A program made the translations under genes and the position numbers. A stretch of DNA of 63,838 nucleotides, the filler included. It is 5 parts of 5 records of this genome, joined end to end, with 100 filler letters (N's around TTAATTAATTAA, not from the genome) between each part and the next. Parts side by side here need not be neighbours in the genome. Positions count along the whole stretch, not along the records: positions 24,750 to 42,338 come from DRR723986_11610; positions 42,439 to 52,408 come from DRR723986_11612; 3 more parts are not named here. One strand, given 5' to 3'. Shown here piece after piece: positions 32,370 to 42,498 of the stretch. How positions within the stretch are numbered: the stretch's first letter is position 1; every line of letters begins with the position of its first letter. The notes beneath the pieces were generated by a model. That model had not been told where the DNA came from. It saw only the letters and a program-made list of their open reading frames with translations, and searched no databases.

Positions 32370-32989
32370 GCCTTTCCATGACCGAAACGGAAAGCCTCGC
32401 CAAAACGGCGGCGCGTGGAGCTGGCCTGTCCTGGGGCATGGCAGAGGAAGCCGCAAAGGCGACCCGATGGCTTTGCGCACGCGGTGTGGACGCCTGTGAT
32501 CCGTTGGTTGCGCTGTTGTTCCGACATGACGAGGAAGGCCATGCGCAAACCGGGCCTGACAGGTCTGGCGACCGTTGGCAGGGTGCTGAAGGCTGGCTTT
32601 GCCCGATCGCGACTGGCGCATATCTGTCCGATCTGGCTGGCGAAACCCCTTTGCCGCTTGGCTTGAAACGCGTGGCCTTGCCCATCTTTCTGCTGCCCTT
32701 TGCAGCGCAGCTGGCCCGTGACATTGGCAGCCCGGTCAGCCTGATCTGGGACGGCGGCAAGGCCGCCACGGATGGAGAAGCCATCGCGTTGACCTGCCCG
32801 CCGCCGATGTCGGATGTGGCACTGATGAAGGGCGGCACGATTGCCGCTCCGTCAGTCCGCCACACCCGCGCCGAAAGCGACCAGATGATCCTGGTTTCAC
32901 TTGGCATCTATGCCGCCCGCACCCGCGCGCCCGCGACCGAGGCTTCACGCCTGGCCGGAGCCGGGGCTGGCCTGACAGACAATGATTGA
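32366..32989 (+). CDS. DUF3726-like protein
   Basis: SLAKTAARGAGLSWGMAEEAAKATRWL N-terminus, CPIATG, and C-terminal APATEASRLAGAGAGLTDND; ATGA overlap. Confidence 0.75.
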   Translation: MSLSMTETESLAKTAARGAGLSWGMAEEAAKATRWLCARGVDACDPLVALLFRHDEEGHAQTGPDRSGDRWQGAEGWLCPIATGAYLSDLAGETPLPLGLKRVALPIFLLPFAAQLARDIGSPVSLIWDGGKAATDGEAIALTCPPPMSDVALMKGGTIAAPSVRHTRAESDQMILVSLGIYAARTRAPATEASRLAGAGAGLTDND

Positions 32990-33001
32990 GGAGAGAAAAA
33001 A

Positions 33002-34012
33002 ATGTCCGAAACCCGCACGATGACACTGGCCGAGATCGAAGATCTCTCATTCCGCGCGCTTGTGGCCGCAGGCACCAGCTCCGAAAACGCCCGCCCTCTG
33101 GCGGTTGCGACCGCCGCGACCGAAGCCGATGGGGTAGCCAGCCACGGGCTGGCGTATATCCCGATCTATGCGGAGCATGTGCAATGCGGCAAGGTTGACG
33201 GAACCGCAAAGCCGGTGATGGACATTCCCCGGCCCGGCGTCATCACCGTCGACGCCGCCACTGGGTTCGCCCATGCTGCCATCGACATGGGGTTCAACGA
33301 GTTGATCCCGCTGGCGCGCGAACAGGGCATCGCTGCGCTGGCCATCCGCAACAGCTACAATTGCGGGGTTCTGGGCTATCACACGACCCGGCTGGCAGAG
33401 GCTGGTCTGGTGGGTCTGGGCTTTACCAATGCGCCCGCGTCGATTGCACCCTCGGGCGGGTCGAAACCGGTTGTGGGAACCAACCCGTTCTCGCTGGCCG
33501 TTCCGGGGTTGGACGGGCAACCGGCATTCATGATCGACCAAAGCGCCAGCACCATCGCCAAGAGCGAAGTGATGAAGCATGCGCGAGAGGGCAAACCCAT
33601 TCCGGTCGGGTGGGCGCTTGACGCTGACGGCAATCCGACGACCGACGCGGAGATTGGGCTGAAGGGCTCCATGGCGCCATCGGGTGGCTACAAGGGGGTT
33701 GGCGTGGCGCTGCTGGTGGAAACCATGGCGGCGGCGCTGGCGGGCGCGACGCTTGGCAAGGACGCCTCGCCGTTTTCGGGAACAGCAGGTGGCCCCCCCA
33801 AGACCGGACAGTTTTTCATTGCCATCGATCCCGGCGCGACATCTGGCGGCGGCTTTGCAGATCGCATCTCGGCGCTCACCGATGCAATCCACGCGCAGGA
33901 CGGTGCCCGGCTGCCCGGTGACGGGCGCAAATCCAAACGGATCAAGGCGGCGGCAGAGGGTGTCGCGGTCAGCACAGCGACACTGTCCAGGATCGAAGCA
34001 CTGCTGAATTGA
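33002..34012 (+). CDS. Ldh_2 family (ComC/AllD/DpkA-like) NAD(P)-dependent oxidoreductase
   Basis: DGVASHGL, DAATGF, GTNPFS, GWALDADGNPTTD, GGYKG, RLPG. Confidence 0.92.
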   Translation: MSETRTMTLAEIEDLSFRALVAAGTSSENARPLAVATAATEADGVASHGLAYIPIYAEHVQCGKVDGTAKPVMDIPRPGVITVDAATGFAHAAIDMGFNELIPLAREQGIAALAIRNSYNCGVLGYHTTRLAEAGLVGLGFTNAPASIAPSGGSKPVVGTNPFSLAVPGLDGQPAFMIDQSASTIAKSEVMKHAREGKPIPVGWALDADGNPTTDAEIGLKGSMAPSGGYKGVGVALLVETMAAALAGATLGKDASPFSGTAGGPPKTGQFFIAIDPGATSGGGFADRISALTDAIHAQDGARLPGDGRKSKRIKAAAEGVAVSTATLSRIEALLN

Positions 34013-34022
34013 GATCCGAGCA

Positions 34023-34122
34023 CCAAAACTCTTGATCCAAGAGTTTTGGGCGTCCTCGTCAGCAATTTTTTGATCCAAAAAATTGGCGTGCGACCAAGGA
34101 TTTTGATTCAAAATCCTTGGTC
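34023..34122. repeat. Three tandem AT-rich hairpins sharing a TTG-AT(C/T)-CAA apex
   Basis: CCAAAACTCTTG-atc-CAAGAGTTTTGG; CAATTTTTTG-atc-CAAAAAATTG; GACCAAGGATTTTG-att-CAAAATCCTTGGTC; located between convergent genes. Confidence 0.85.
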
Positions 34123-34131
34123 TTCGCGACT

Positions 34132-34986
34132 CTAGCGCACCGGGAAGATCACATTGGTCTGACCGGTGCCGGAGCTTGGGAAATACTCTGTCACGACCTC
34201 GCAAGGTTGGTCATAGCTGTCCCAGCCAAGCGCCCCGTACAGCATCGCCGTGTCATGCATGGCCCCTTCCCCGCAACAGAACTGTGCATATTCGGGCAGC
34301 ATTTTCAGAAACGTCGCGTGGTCGCCCCGCTGCCACATATCCAGAACATGCAGGTCCATCTGCCGATTGAATTCGGAACTGATGGTGAAGGTTCCGTTAT
34401 TCGCGGCGTAGTCCTTGTTCGCCCAGATCTTGTGGCTGAGCGACCCGGACGCGACCAGCAGCACCTTGCTGTCCGAGGCCTCCACCGCCGCCCGGATCGC
34501 TTCCCCCACCACGCGGCTTTCCTGATGATCATGGACCGTACACCACGCGGCCACGGACACCACTTTCATGTCATGTTCCCGGCTCATGAAACGCATCGGC
34601 ACCAAGGTGCCATACTCCAGTTCCAGACTGTCGAGATGATGGGAGAGCGTATGCACGCCCCGAGAAGTCGCCTCTGCCGCGATGGCATCCCCAAGCGCGG
34701 GGTTGCCATCATAGCCATAGGGCAGGTTCTGGATGAACTGCGGAAATTCGTTCGAGGTAAACAGCCCCTCGAACCGCGTATTGGCGTTGATGTGGAAGCC
34801 TGCATTGATCACCCAATGGGTGTCGCAGATCACCACCGTATCAGCCCCCAGCGCCTTGGCCCGGCGTGCGATCTCTCGGTGTCCATCAATGGCGGCCTGC
34901 CGTTTGCCCTTGATCGGCCCTTCCTGCTCGGACATGAGCATGGTGGGCACATGGGTCATTTTCGCTGCAAGAACGATCTCTCCCAT
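34132..34986 (-). CDS. hpaD: 3,4-dihydroxyphenylacetate 2,3-dioxygenase
   Basis: AAKMTHVPTM, DTHW, LEYGTLVPMRFM, ASGSLSH, SSGTGQ. Confidence 0.93.
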   Translation of the reverse strand: MGEIVLAAKMTHVPTMLMSEQEGPIKGKRQAAIDGHREIARRAKALGADTVVICDTHWVINAGFHINANTRFEGLFTSNEFPQFIQNLPYGYDGNPALGDAIAAEATSRGVHTLSHHLDSLELEYGTLVPMRFMSREHDMKVVSVAAWCTVHDHQESRVVGEAIRAAVEASDSKVLLVASGSLSHKIWANKDYAANNGTFTISSEFNRQMDLHVLDMWQRGDHATFLKMLPEYAQFCCGEGAMHDTAMLYGALGWDSYDQPCEVVTEYFPSSGTGQTNVIFPVR

Positions 34987-35027
34987 TGTCTCCTCCTCTT
35001 TGGCTTGGGCGCGCTTCCCGGTGGTAT

Positions 35028-36535
<1,508 letters not shown>

Positions 36536-36539
<4 letters not shown>

Positions 36540-36928
36540 GGACGCTCCTTCGGAAGATGGTCGCGGATCGTGCCCGTTTTGGGGCTGAGATCGGGGTCGA
36601 TATCGCGCATCTCGAAAGACAGCGCGATGGAATGCGTGGTCATTGCGGGGGCCAGGAAATCCTTGGCGGCTGCAAAGATATGGGCGGTTGCGGCGCGTTT
36701 GGCATCATCGGGGCGACCGCCACGCAGGCGCAGGCTGATATCTATGAACCCGTGTTTCGGGTCGCCATCGGCGATGCTGACATGGTTTGCGCAGAAGGCA
36801 CGCACACGGATACCGGGCATGGGCAGGATACCCGTTTCAATCGCCGCCAGCCGCAAAACATCGCAAAGCGCCGCGATATTCACGCGCTCTTCCATGTTGG
36901 GCGAATAGTCGACGCTGATATGGGGCAC
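36536..36928 (-). CDS. hpaF: 5-carboxymethyl-2-hydroxymuconate isomerase
   Basis: Catalytic N-terminal Pro (MPHISVDYSPN), GIRVRA, GGRP; GTG start. Confidence 0.9.
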
Positions 36929-37010
36929 TTGGGCATCTCCTCAATTACTTGCTTTGTTAAGCATATTGAGGCAACGAGTCAACCTGAATTTGACGTGATC
37001 GGGTGCGGCA

Positions 37011-37071
37011 CGGGCGGGAAGCGGTTTTGAAACCGCTTTTGAAAGGGCCTATCAAGGCCCTTCCCCGCCCG
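37011..37071. repeat. Y-shaped element: outer stem enclosing two hairpins
   Basis: CGGGCGGG...CCCGCCCG outer stem; inner AAGCGGTTT-tg-AAACCGCTT and AAGGGCCT-atca-AGGCCCTT. Confidence 0.75.
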
Positions 37072-37081
37072 ATATCCAGCG

Positions 37082-38308
37082 TTACACCAGACCTCTGGCG
37101 CGCCAATCGTCAAAGATCTCCAGCGCCCGCTGTGCAAACGCCTCGTCATTGATATGCGCCGGAACTTCCTCCAACCGCACCTTGTCGGGGCAACATCCCC
37201 GCATCTCGTCAAAGAACGCGTCCAACCCCTCGGGGTTATGCAGATCCGCCCCCGGCCGGTCCCATTCCCCGCAGCCGCCAAGCGGCAACAGCAGCACCGT
37301 TTCGCCTGTTGCCTCTGCCAGCGCCCGGCCATGGGCCCGAGCCACCACGCGCACCCCTTCGGCATCCAGCACAACGGATGTGATCAGCCGGTTATGCGCA
37401 TGGCTCGGCAGATCGGCCCATTTCTCGGGGATGCCCCGCCACGCCGCGAGGTCCACCAGATCATAGCAGCCGGTCGACACGATCTGCGGCGTTCCCGCCC
37501 GCCCTGCATTGGTCAACCGGTCCGCCCCCGCCGTCACGTCGGAGCCGTGGGTATGGTTGCCCAATTCCTGCGTGCAGAAATCGAACACGGCGGCGAAAGC
37601 GCCCTGCCCGGCCAGCGATTCAAACGCCCGCCCGCCCATGCCGGTGGCGTGAAACACCGCCACTTCAAACCCGCGCGCCTCCAATTCAGGCTTCAGGTAG
37701 ACCATGTATTTCAGGGCCGACTTGCCGAGGCTGGTCATCCCGATCAGGGGCTTTGACTGGTCTGGGGCCTCTACCGCGCGGGTCGCCCCCAGAACCGCGC
37801 CTGCGGCTTGGCTGAGTGAGGATTTACATACCGAGTTCAGCCCGTAGAGCCCCCCGGCCCACAGGATCATCTGGATATCGGCGGGAAGACGTTCAGCCGG
37901 GATCAGGGTGGAGAAGGCCACCGTCGAGACGATGTATTTCGGCACGCCAAGGGGCAACGCGCTGCACAGGTCGAGCGCCAGGTCCGTGCCCATGGACCCA
38001 CCCAACACAACCACACCGTCAAAGCGCCCCTCGGCCCAGGCCTGCGCCGCCAGCGCAGCCGACCCGCGCGCCATGATCTGCATGGCGGTGTTTTCATCGC
38101 CCGAGGCAATCGCCGCCTCGATCGACGATCCGCCTTCGGCAGCGACGTCGTGCTTTGAGATGTCCGTGGGTTGCGATGGATCGCCCAGAACCGAGACATC
38201 CATGGTCAGCACCCCACCGCCCTGCGCGCGGATACGGTCGGCCATATAAAGCAACTCGTCGTCCTTGGTGTCGTAGGTGCCCACCACCAGAATGGTCTTG
38301 TCCGCCAT
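37082..38308 (-). CDS. Tm-1-like ATP-binding domain protein (UPF0261)
   Basis: VGTYDTKDDEL, GGSMGT, LPLGVPKYIVST, VFHATGMGG, HINDEAFA. Confidence 0.88.
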   Translation of the reverse strand: MADKTILVVGTYDTKDDELLYMADRIRAQGGGVLTMDVSVLGDPSQPTDISKHDVAAEGGSSIEAAIASGDENTAMQIMARGSAALAAQAWAEGRFDGVVVLGGSMGTDLALDLCSALPLGVPKYIVSTVAFSTLIPAERLPADIQMILWAGGLYGLNSVCKSSLSQAAGAVLGATRAVEAPDQSKPLIGMTSLGKSALKYMVYLKPELEARGFEVAVFHATGMGGRAFESLAGQGAFAAVFDFCTQELGNHTHGSDVTAGADRLTNAGRAGTPQIVSTGCYDLVDLAAWRGIPEKWADLPSHAHNRLITSVVLDAEGVRVVARAHGRALAEATGETVLLLPLGGCGEWDRPGADLHNPEGLDAFFDEMRGCCPDKVRLEEVPAHINDEAFAQRALEIFDDWRARGLV

Positions 38309-38319
38309 TGTCCCCCCGT

Positions 38320-39807
38320 TCAAAGCTGAATCCACGCGGTTTTCAGGTTCTCGTATTTCGCCATCGCGTGAAGCGACTTGTCACTGCCATTGCCGGATTG
38401 CCCCACACCGCCCAAAGGTACGGTCAGGTCCGATCCGCCATAGGTGTTCACATGCACCACGCCTGCGCGAATGGCCCGGATCATCCGATGCGCGCGGGAC
38501 AGGTCGCGGGTCCAGACACCCGAGGACAAGCCATAGTCGGTGCCATTGGCAAGACGCACGGCCTCTGCCTCATCCTTGAACGGCGTCACCGCCAACACCG
38601 GACCAAAGACCTCGTTCTGTGCCAGCCGCGTATCGGGCCTGACCCCGGCCATGACAGTGGGGGCCATGTAGGTGCCGCCGGTCTCCTCCAGAATGCGCCC
38701 CCCGCCCGTCAGCCTTTGCGCGCCCTCTGCCTCGGCCTCCTCCACGAACCGCAGATTCTGCGCCAGTTGCCGTTCCGAATGAACCGCGCCGACCTGTGTG
38801 TCTTGAAGCAGCGGATCTCCGACGCGAAAACCATTCGCCGCCTCGACCAGCGCCGCGACGAAGTCATCATGGATGCTTTCCTCGACCAGCAGGCGTGAGG
38901 CCGCGACGCAAACCTGTCCCGCATTGCGGAAGATCCCCGCCGCCGAGACCTTGGCCGCCTGTGTAAGATCCGGTGCATCGGCAAATACCACATTGGGCGA
39001 TTTGCCCCCAAGCTCCAGATAGCAGCGCTTGAGGTTCGACCGCGCCGCGTAGTCCAGCAACCGCCGCCCCGTTGCGCCCGACCCGGTAAAGGCCAGCACA
39101 TCAACGCCCATGGACAGGCCAAGCGCCTCGCCCACCACCGGGCCTTCGCCTGTCACCACGTTCAGAACGCCCGGCGGCAGCCCCGCCTCCAACGCCAGCG
39201 CGGCGATGCGCAGCAAGGTCAGAGAGGCAGTTTCCGCCGGTTTCAGCACCACGGAATTGCCAGCCGCCAAGGCTGGCGCCAGCTTCCATGCGCCGATCAT
39301 CAGCGGGAAGTTCCATGGAACAATGGCCCCGACCACGCCCACGGGTTCGCGATGCACCAGCGCCAGCACATTTTCCGCCGTCGGCGCGATCTCTCCGTAT
39401 TGCTTGTCGATAGCTTCCGCATAATAGCGGATCGTGGCGGCGGCTGACCCCGCCTCGGCCTTGAAGGCCATACCGATTTCCGTACCATTTTCGCGCACGC
39501 CCATCACGGCCAACGCCAATGCCTCTGCCTCAATCAGCTCGGCCCATCTCAGCATGACTTTCCTGCGCGCCGCAGGCGGCTGGCGGGACCAGCGACCGTC
39601 CTCGAACGCGTCACGCGCCACGCTTACCGCACGCGCCACGTCCTCTGTCGTTCCGCGCGCCAAAGTGGTCAGCACCGCACCATCAATGGGAGAGGTGGTC
39701 TCCATCACGCCACCATCCGAGGCGGCCACAACCTGCCCGCCGATCAGATGCCCCTGCGCCGCTACCGGTTCCGCCCGAAGCGCGTCAATTCTGCCTTGGT
39801 CCAGCAT
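38320..39807 (-). CDS. Aldehyde dehydrogenase (PuuC-like subfamily)
   Basis: PWNFPL, LELGGKSP, NAGQVC, EVFGPV, SGNGSDKSLHA. Confidence 0.93.
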   Translation of the reverse strand: MLDQGRIDALRAEPVAAQGHLIGGQVVAASDGGVMETTSPIDGAVLTTLARGTTEDVARAVSVARDAFEDGRWSRQPPAARRKVMLRWAELIEAEALALAVMGVRENGTEIGMAFKAEAGSAAATIRYYAEAIDKQYGEIAPTAENVLALVHREPVGVVGAIVPWNFPLMIGAWKLAPALAAGNSVVLKPAETASLTLLRIAALALEAGLPPGVLNVVTGEGPVVGEALGLSMGVDVLAFTGSGATGRRLLDYAARSNLKRCYLELGGKSPNVVFADAPDLTQAAKVSAAGIFRNAGQVCVAASRLLVEESIHDDFVAALVEAANGFRVGDPLLQDTQVGAVHSERQLAQNLRFVEEAEAEGAQRLTGGGRILEETGGTYMAPTVMAGVRPDTRLAQNEVFGPVLAVTPFKDEAEAVRLANGTDYGLSSGVWTRDLSRAHRMIRAIRAGVVHVNTYGGSDLTVPLGGVGQSGNGSDKSLHAMAKYENLKTAWIQL

Positions 39808-39813
39808 CAGCCC

Positions 39814-41331
39814 CTACCGTGTCTGTGAATCGTGAATATCGTGATCGGGTTCCTCGATCCGCGCGCGATGTTCCTTGATCAGGGTGCGGACATGCAGACC
39901 GATCACCAAAAGGATCGCGCAGAACAGGATGAAGGCAATCGGCCTGTCGATCATGTCCCGAGGCGTGCGCACCCGCGCCATGGCGCTGCGCAGCTTGACC
40001 TCCATGATGCCACCCAGAACCATGCCCAGGATGATCGGCACCACCGGCAGGTTCAGCCGCTTCAGGATCAGCCCCAACACCCCGAAGGCGCTGGCAATCG
40101 CGCAATCGGTGAAGGAATTGCGCAGGGAATAGACGCCCACAAAGCTAAGCGCCAAAATCACCACGCCCAGAAACCGGGTCGGCACCTGAATGATCTTGGT
40201 CAACAGATTGGTGGAGAACATTAGGAAAATCAGAACAATGGCGTTCAGCAGAAGCATCACCATGTAAAGTGCCACCACGAAATCCATATCGTTCTGAAAG
40301 AGCTGCGGTCCCGGCACCACATTGTGCACATAGAAGACCGACAGCATCATCGCGGTCAGCGCCTCGCCCGGGATGCCCAGCGCCAAAAGCGGGATCATGG
40401 CGGCCCCCGGAACGGCGTTGTTGGAGGCCTCTGACGCGATCAGCCCCTCGGGGCTGCCCTTGCCGAACTCTGCCGGCGTCTTGGAGGTCTTCCGGGCGTA
40501 GGTGTAGCTGAGAAACTGCGCCGTGAACTCTCCCACACCGGGGATCATCCCCATCAGCACCCCGAAGCCGGAGGACACAGTCGCCACCCGCTTGAAACGG
40601 AAGAGCTCCTTCAGGCCGGAAAAGAGGCTGCCCTCCACGCGCTGCGCTTTCGGCGCGTCGTCCTTGTCGACCAGCAGCATGAAGGCCTGCGAAATGGCGA
40701 AAAGGCCAAGCACCACAACGATCAGGTCAAAGCCCGATGCCAGCCAGCTTTGATCGAACGCGTAGCGGCGGGAATAGCGCACCGGCTCCAACCCCACGGA
40801 ATTGAGGAAGATGCCGAAACTGGCCAGCATGCCCGCGGCAAAGACCTGTCCGCGATGCGCCAGCACCACAAGGATGATGCCCAGAAGGGCGGCGAGAAAA
40901 ATCTCTCGGCTGCCGAACATGGGCGCGATCCAGGCCAGAACGGGCGACAACAGGATAAGACACAGGATCGACAGCACGCCGCCGAAAAAGGATGCCGAAT
41001 AGGCCAGCGACAGCGCCCGCCGTGCCTGCCCTTTTTGGGTCATCGGGTAGCCGTCATAGGTGGTCAGCGCATTCACTGCCGTTCCGGGCGTGTTGATCAG
41101 AATGGCCGGGATCGCCCCGCCATACATGGACGAGCCATAGATCCCCAGCAAAACGGTCAGCCCCACGATCGGGTCGAAGCTGAAGGTGGCGGGCAGCAGG
41201 ATGGCAATCGCCACCGCCGCCCCCACACCGGGGATCGCGCCGATGATGACGCCCCCGACAGAGCCGACCAGAAGGGCCAGAAGCACATCGAGCCGCGCGA
41301 GCGTCGATAGGCTGGAAAGCAGAAGATCCAT
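39814..41331 (-). CDS. Tripartite tricarboxylate transporter permease TctA
   Basis: GAIPGVG, YGGAIPAILINTPG, YDGYPM, SEASNNA, LGIPG. Confidence 0.93.
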   Translation of the reverse strand: MDLLLSSLSTLARLDVLLALLVGSVGGVIIGAIPGVGAAVAIAILLPATFSFDPIVGLTVLLGIYGSSMYGGAIPAILINTPGTAVNALTTYDGYPMTQKGQARRALSLAYSASFFGGVLSILCLILLSPVLAWIAPMFGSREIFLAALLGIILVVLAHRGQVFAAGMLASFGIFLNSVGLEPVRYSRRYAFDQSWLASGFDLIVVVLGLFAISQAFMLLVDKDDAPKAQRVEGSLFSGLKELFRFKRVATVSSGFGVLMGMIPGVGEFTAQFLSYTYARKTSKTPAEFGKGSPEGLIASEASNNAVPGAAMIPLLALGIPGEALTAMMLSVFYVHNVVPGPQLFQNDMDFVVALYMVMLLLNAIVLIFLMFSTNLLTKIIQVPTRFLGVVILALSFVGVYSLRNSFTDCAIASAFGVLGLILKRLNLPVVPIILGMVLGGIMEVKLRSAMARVRTPRDMIDRPIAFILFCAILLVIGLHVRTLIKEHRARIEEPDHDIHDSQTR

Positions 41332-41340
41332 CGGGGGGCC

Positions 41341-41880
41341 TCAGAAATAGGTCAGCATGAAGGTAGACAGCCCATCCGGCAGCACATGATAGAGCTGCCC
41401 GCCCGGCAACCGCACCTGAAGGAAGGTCTTGAAAAGCAGCACGATCGCGACCCCGGTGCAAGCCGCCGCGCCAATCATGCGAAGGTCGCGATAGCCCATG
41501 CGAAGGGTCAGCACCGCCATGAACCCGACCGTGGCCAGCAGGTAGCCTGCCCATGGCACCAGCCAGACATAGGCCAGGAACCACCCCACGAATTCCAGCG
41601 CGCGAACCCAGCTCAACACCTCGGGCCAGCGGCCCGGAATACGATCCGAGGCGACGGAACTAAGGAAATGAAGCGCCCCGAACCCGGCCATGCCGAACAC
41701 GCCAACAGCAGGCCAGAACCTAGGCTGCGCAAAGAGGTGCTGGCCGTTGGCCCAGATGGTCTGGGACTGCAACTGGCTGGCCAGCCATAGAGACAGCAGA
41801 AGAAAGACCGTGGCGAAGACAAGATCACCCGGCCGACGGTAGCGTTTGAACATCTGCTGAAGGGTCTCGAACCGTCCCAT
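41341..41880 (-). CDS. Tripartite tricarboxylate transporter small subunit TctB
   Basis: Four to five TM helices, PRFWP, FLQVRLPGG; lies between tctC and tctA. Confidence 0.85.
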   Translation of the reverse strand: MGRFETLQQMFKRYRRPGDLVFATVFLLLSLWLASQLQSQTIWANGQHLFAQPRFWPAVGVFGMAGFGALHFLSSVASDRIPGRWPEVLSWVRALEFVGWFLAYVWLVPWAGYLLATVGFMAVLTLRMGYRDLRMIGAAACTGVAIVLLFKTFLQVRLPGGQLYHVLPDGLSTFMLTYF

Positions 41881-41890
41881 CCGCTTGCCC

Positions 41891-41938
41891 CAATTTTGTT
41901 ACAACAAAATTGCGGATCGGCCCGTCAGGGCCGATCCG
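41891..41938 (-). terminator. Hairpin pair after tctC (internal terminator or mRNA stabiliser)
   Basis: Minus strand: CGGATCGGCCC-tgac-GGGCCGATCCG followed by CAATTTTGTT-gt-AACAAAATTG. Confidence 0.65.
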
Positions 41939-41947
41939 TCACCGATT

Positions 41948-42338
41948 TCAGTCGAGCATGCCCGAGATAGTGCCAAGCGTCTCGATATCGGCCTCGATCT
42001 GCGCCGTAGCGGCCGCAGCATCCTGCCAATAGACCAGCGCGCCGGTTTCCGCCGCCAATTGCTGGGCCCGTTCGCTCATCACCGTGGCTTGCGCCACTTC
42101 CGCGATACGGTCGCGTACCTCTTGCGGTGTGTCACGATGCACGAACAGTCCGTTCCACAGCGCCACGTTCAGAGACGGATCCAGTTCGGCGACAGTGGGC
42201 GCGTCCGGTGTCAGGCTGATCCGCTCGGACCCGATAGAGGCCAGCACATTGACGCTGTCCAAACAGGGCAGGATCAATTGCAGCGTGGTGTTGATCACAT
42301 CCGCATCTCCCGAGGCCAGCGTGTTGCAATCCAGCGCA
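41948..42338 (-). CDS. TTT substrate-binding protein TctC, C-terminal fragment
   Basis: PDAPTVAEL, WNGLFVHRDTP; 5' end cut by the contig edge. Confidence 0.82.
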
Positions 42339-42438
42339 NNNNNNNNNNNNNNNNNNNNNNNNNNNNNNNNNNNNNNNNNNNNTTAATTAATTAANNNNNN
42401 NNNNNNNNNNNNNNNNNNNNNNNNNNNNNNNNNNNNNN
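42339..42438. other. Artificial contig spacer
   Basis: 44 N + TTAATTAATTAA + 44 N. Confidence 0.98.
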
Positions 42439-42498
42439 CCAGGGAACCATTTCACCATCCAGCCAGATGACACCGTCGCGATCCGCCAGGCTCATCAT
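42439..42498 (-). CDS. ilvE: Branched-chain amino acid aminotransferase, N-terminal fragment (absent from the ORF track)
   Basis: Own translation: MMSLADRDGVIWLDGEMVPW; overlaps the glnE stop, matching the glnE-ilvE order of pseudomonads. Confidence 0.85.

Noticed and set aside
30669-34012. Assigning the unknown operon to ergothioneine, hercynine or histamine breakdown because it follows hut
   Set aside because: Adjacency is the only evidence; no HutC box or diagnostic enzyme was seen.
34023-34122. Hairpin array as a mini CRISPR
   Set aside because: The units differ in sequence and length, the linkers are only 6-13 bp, and no cas genes are present.
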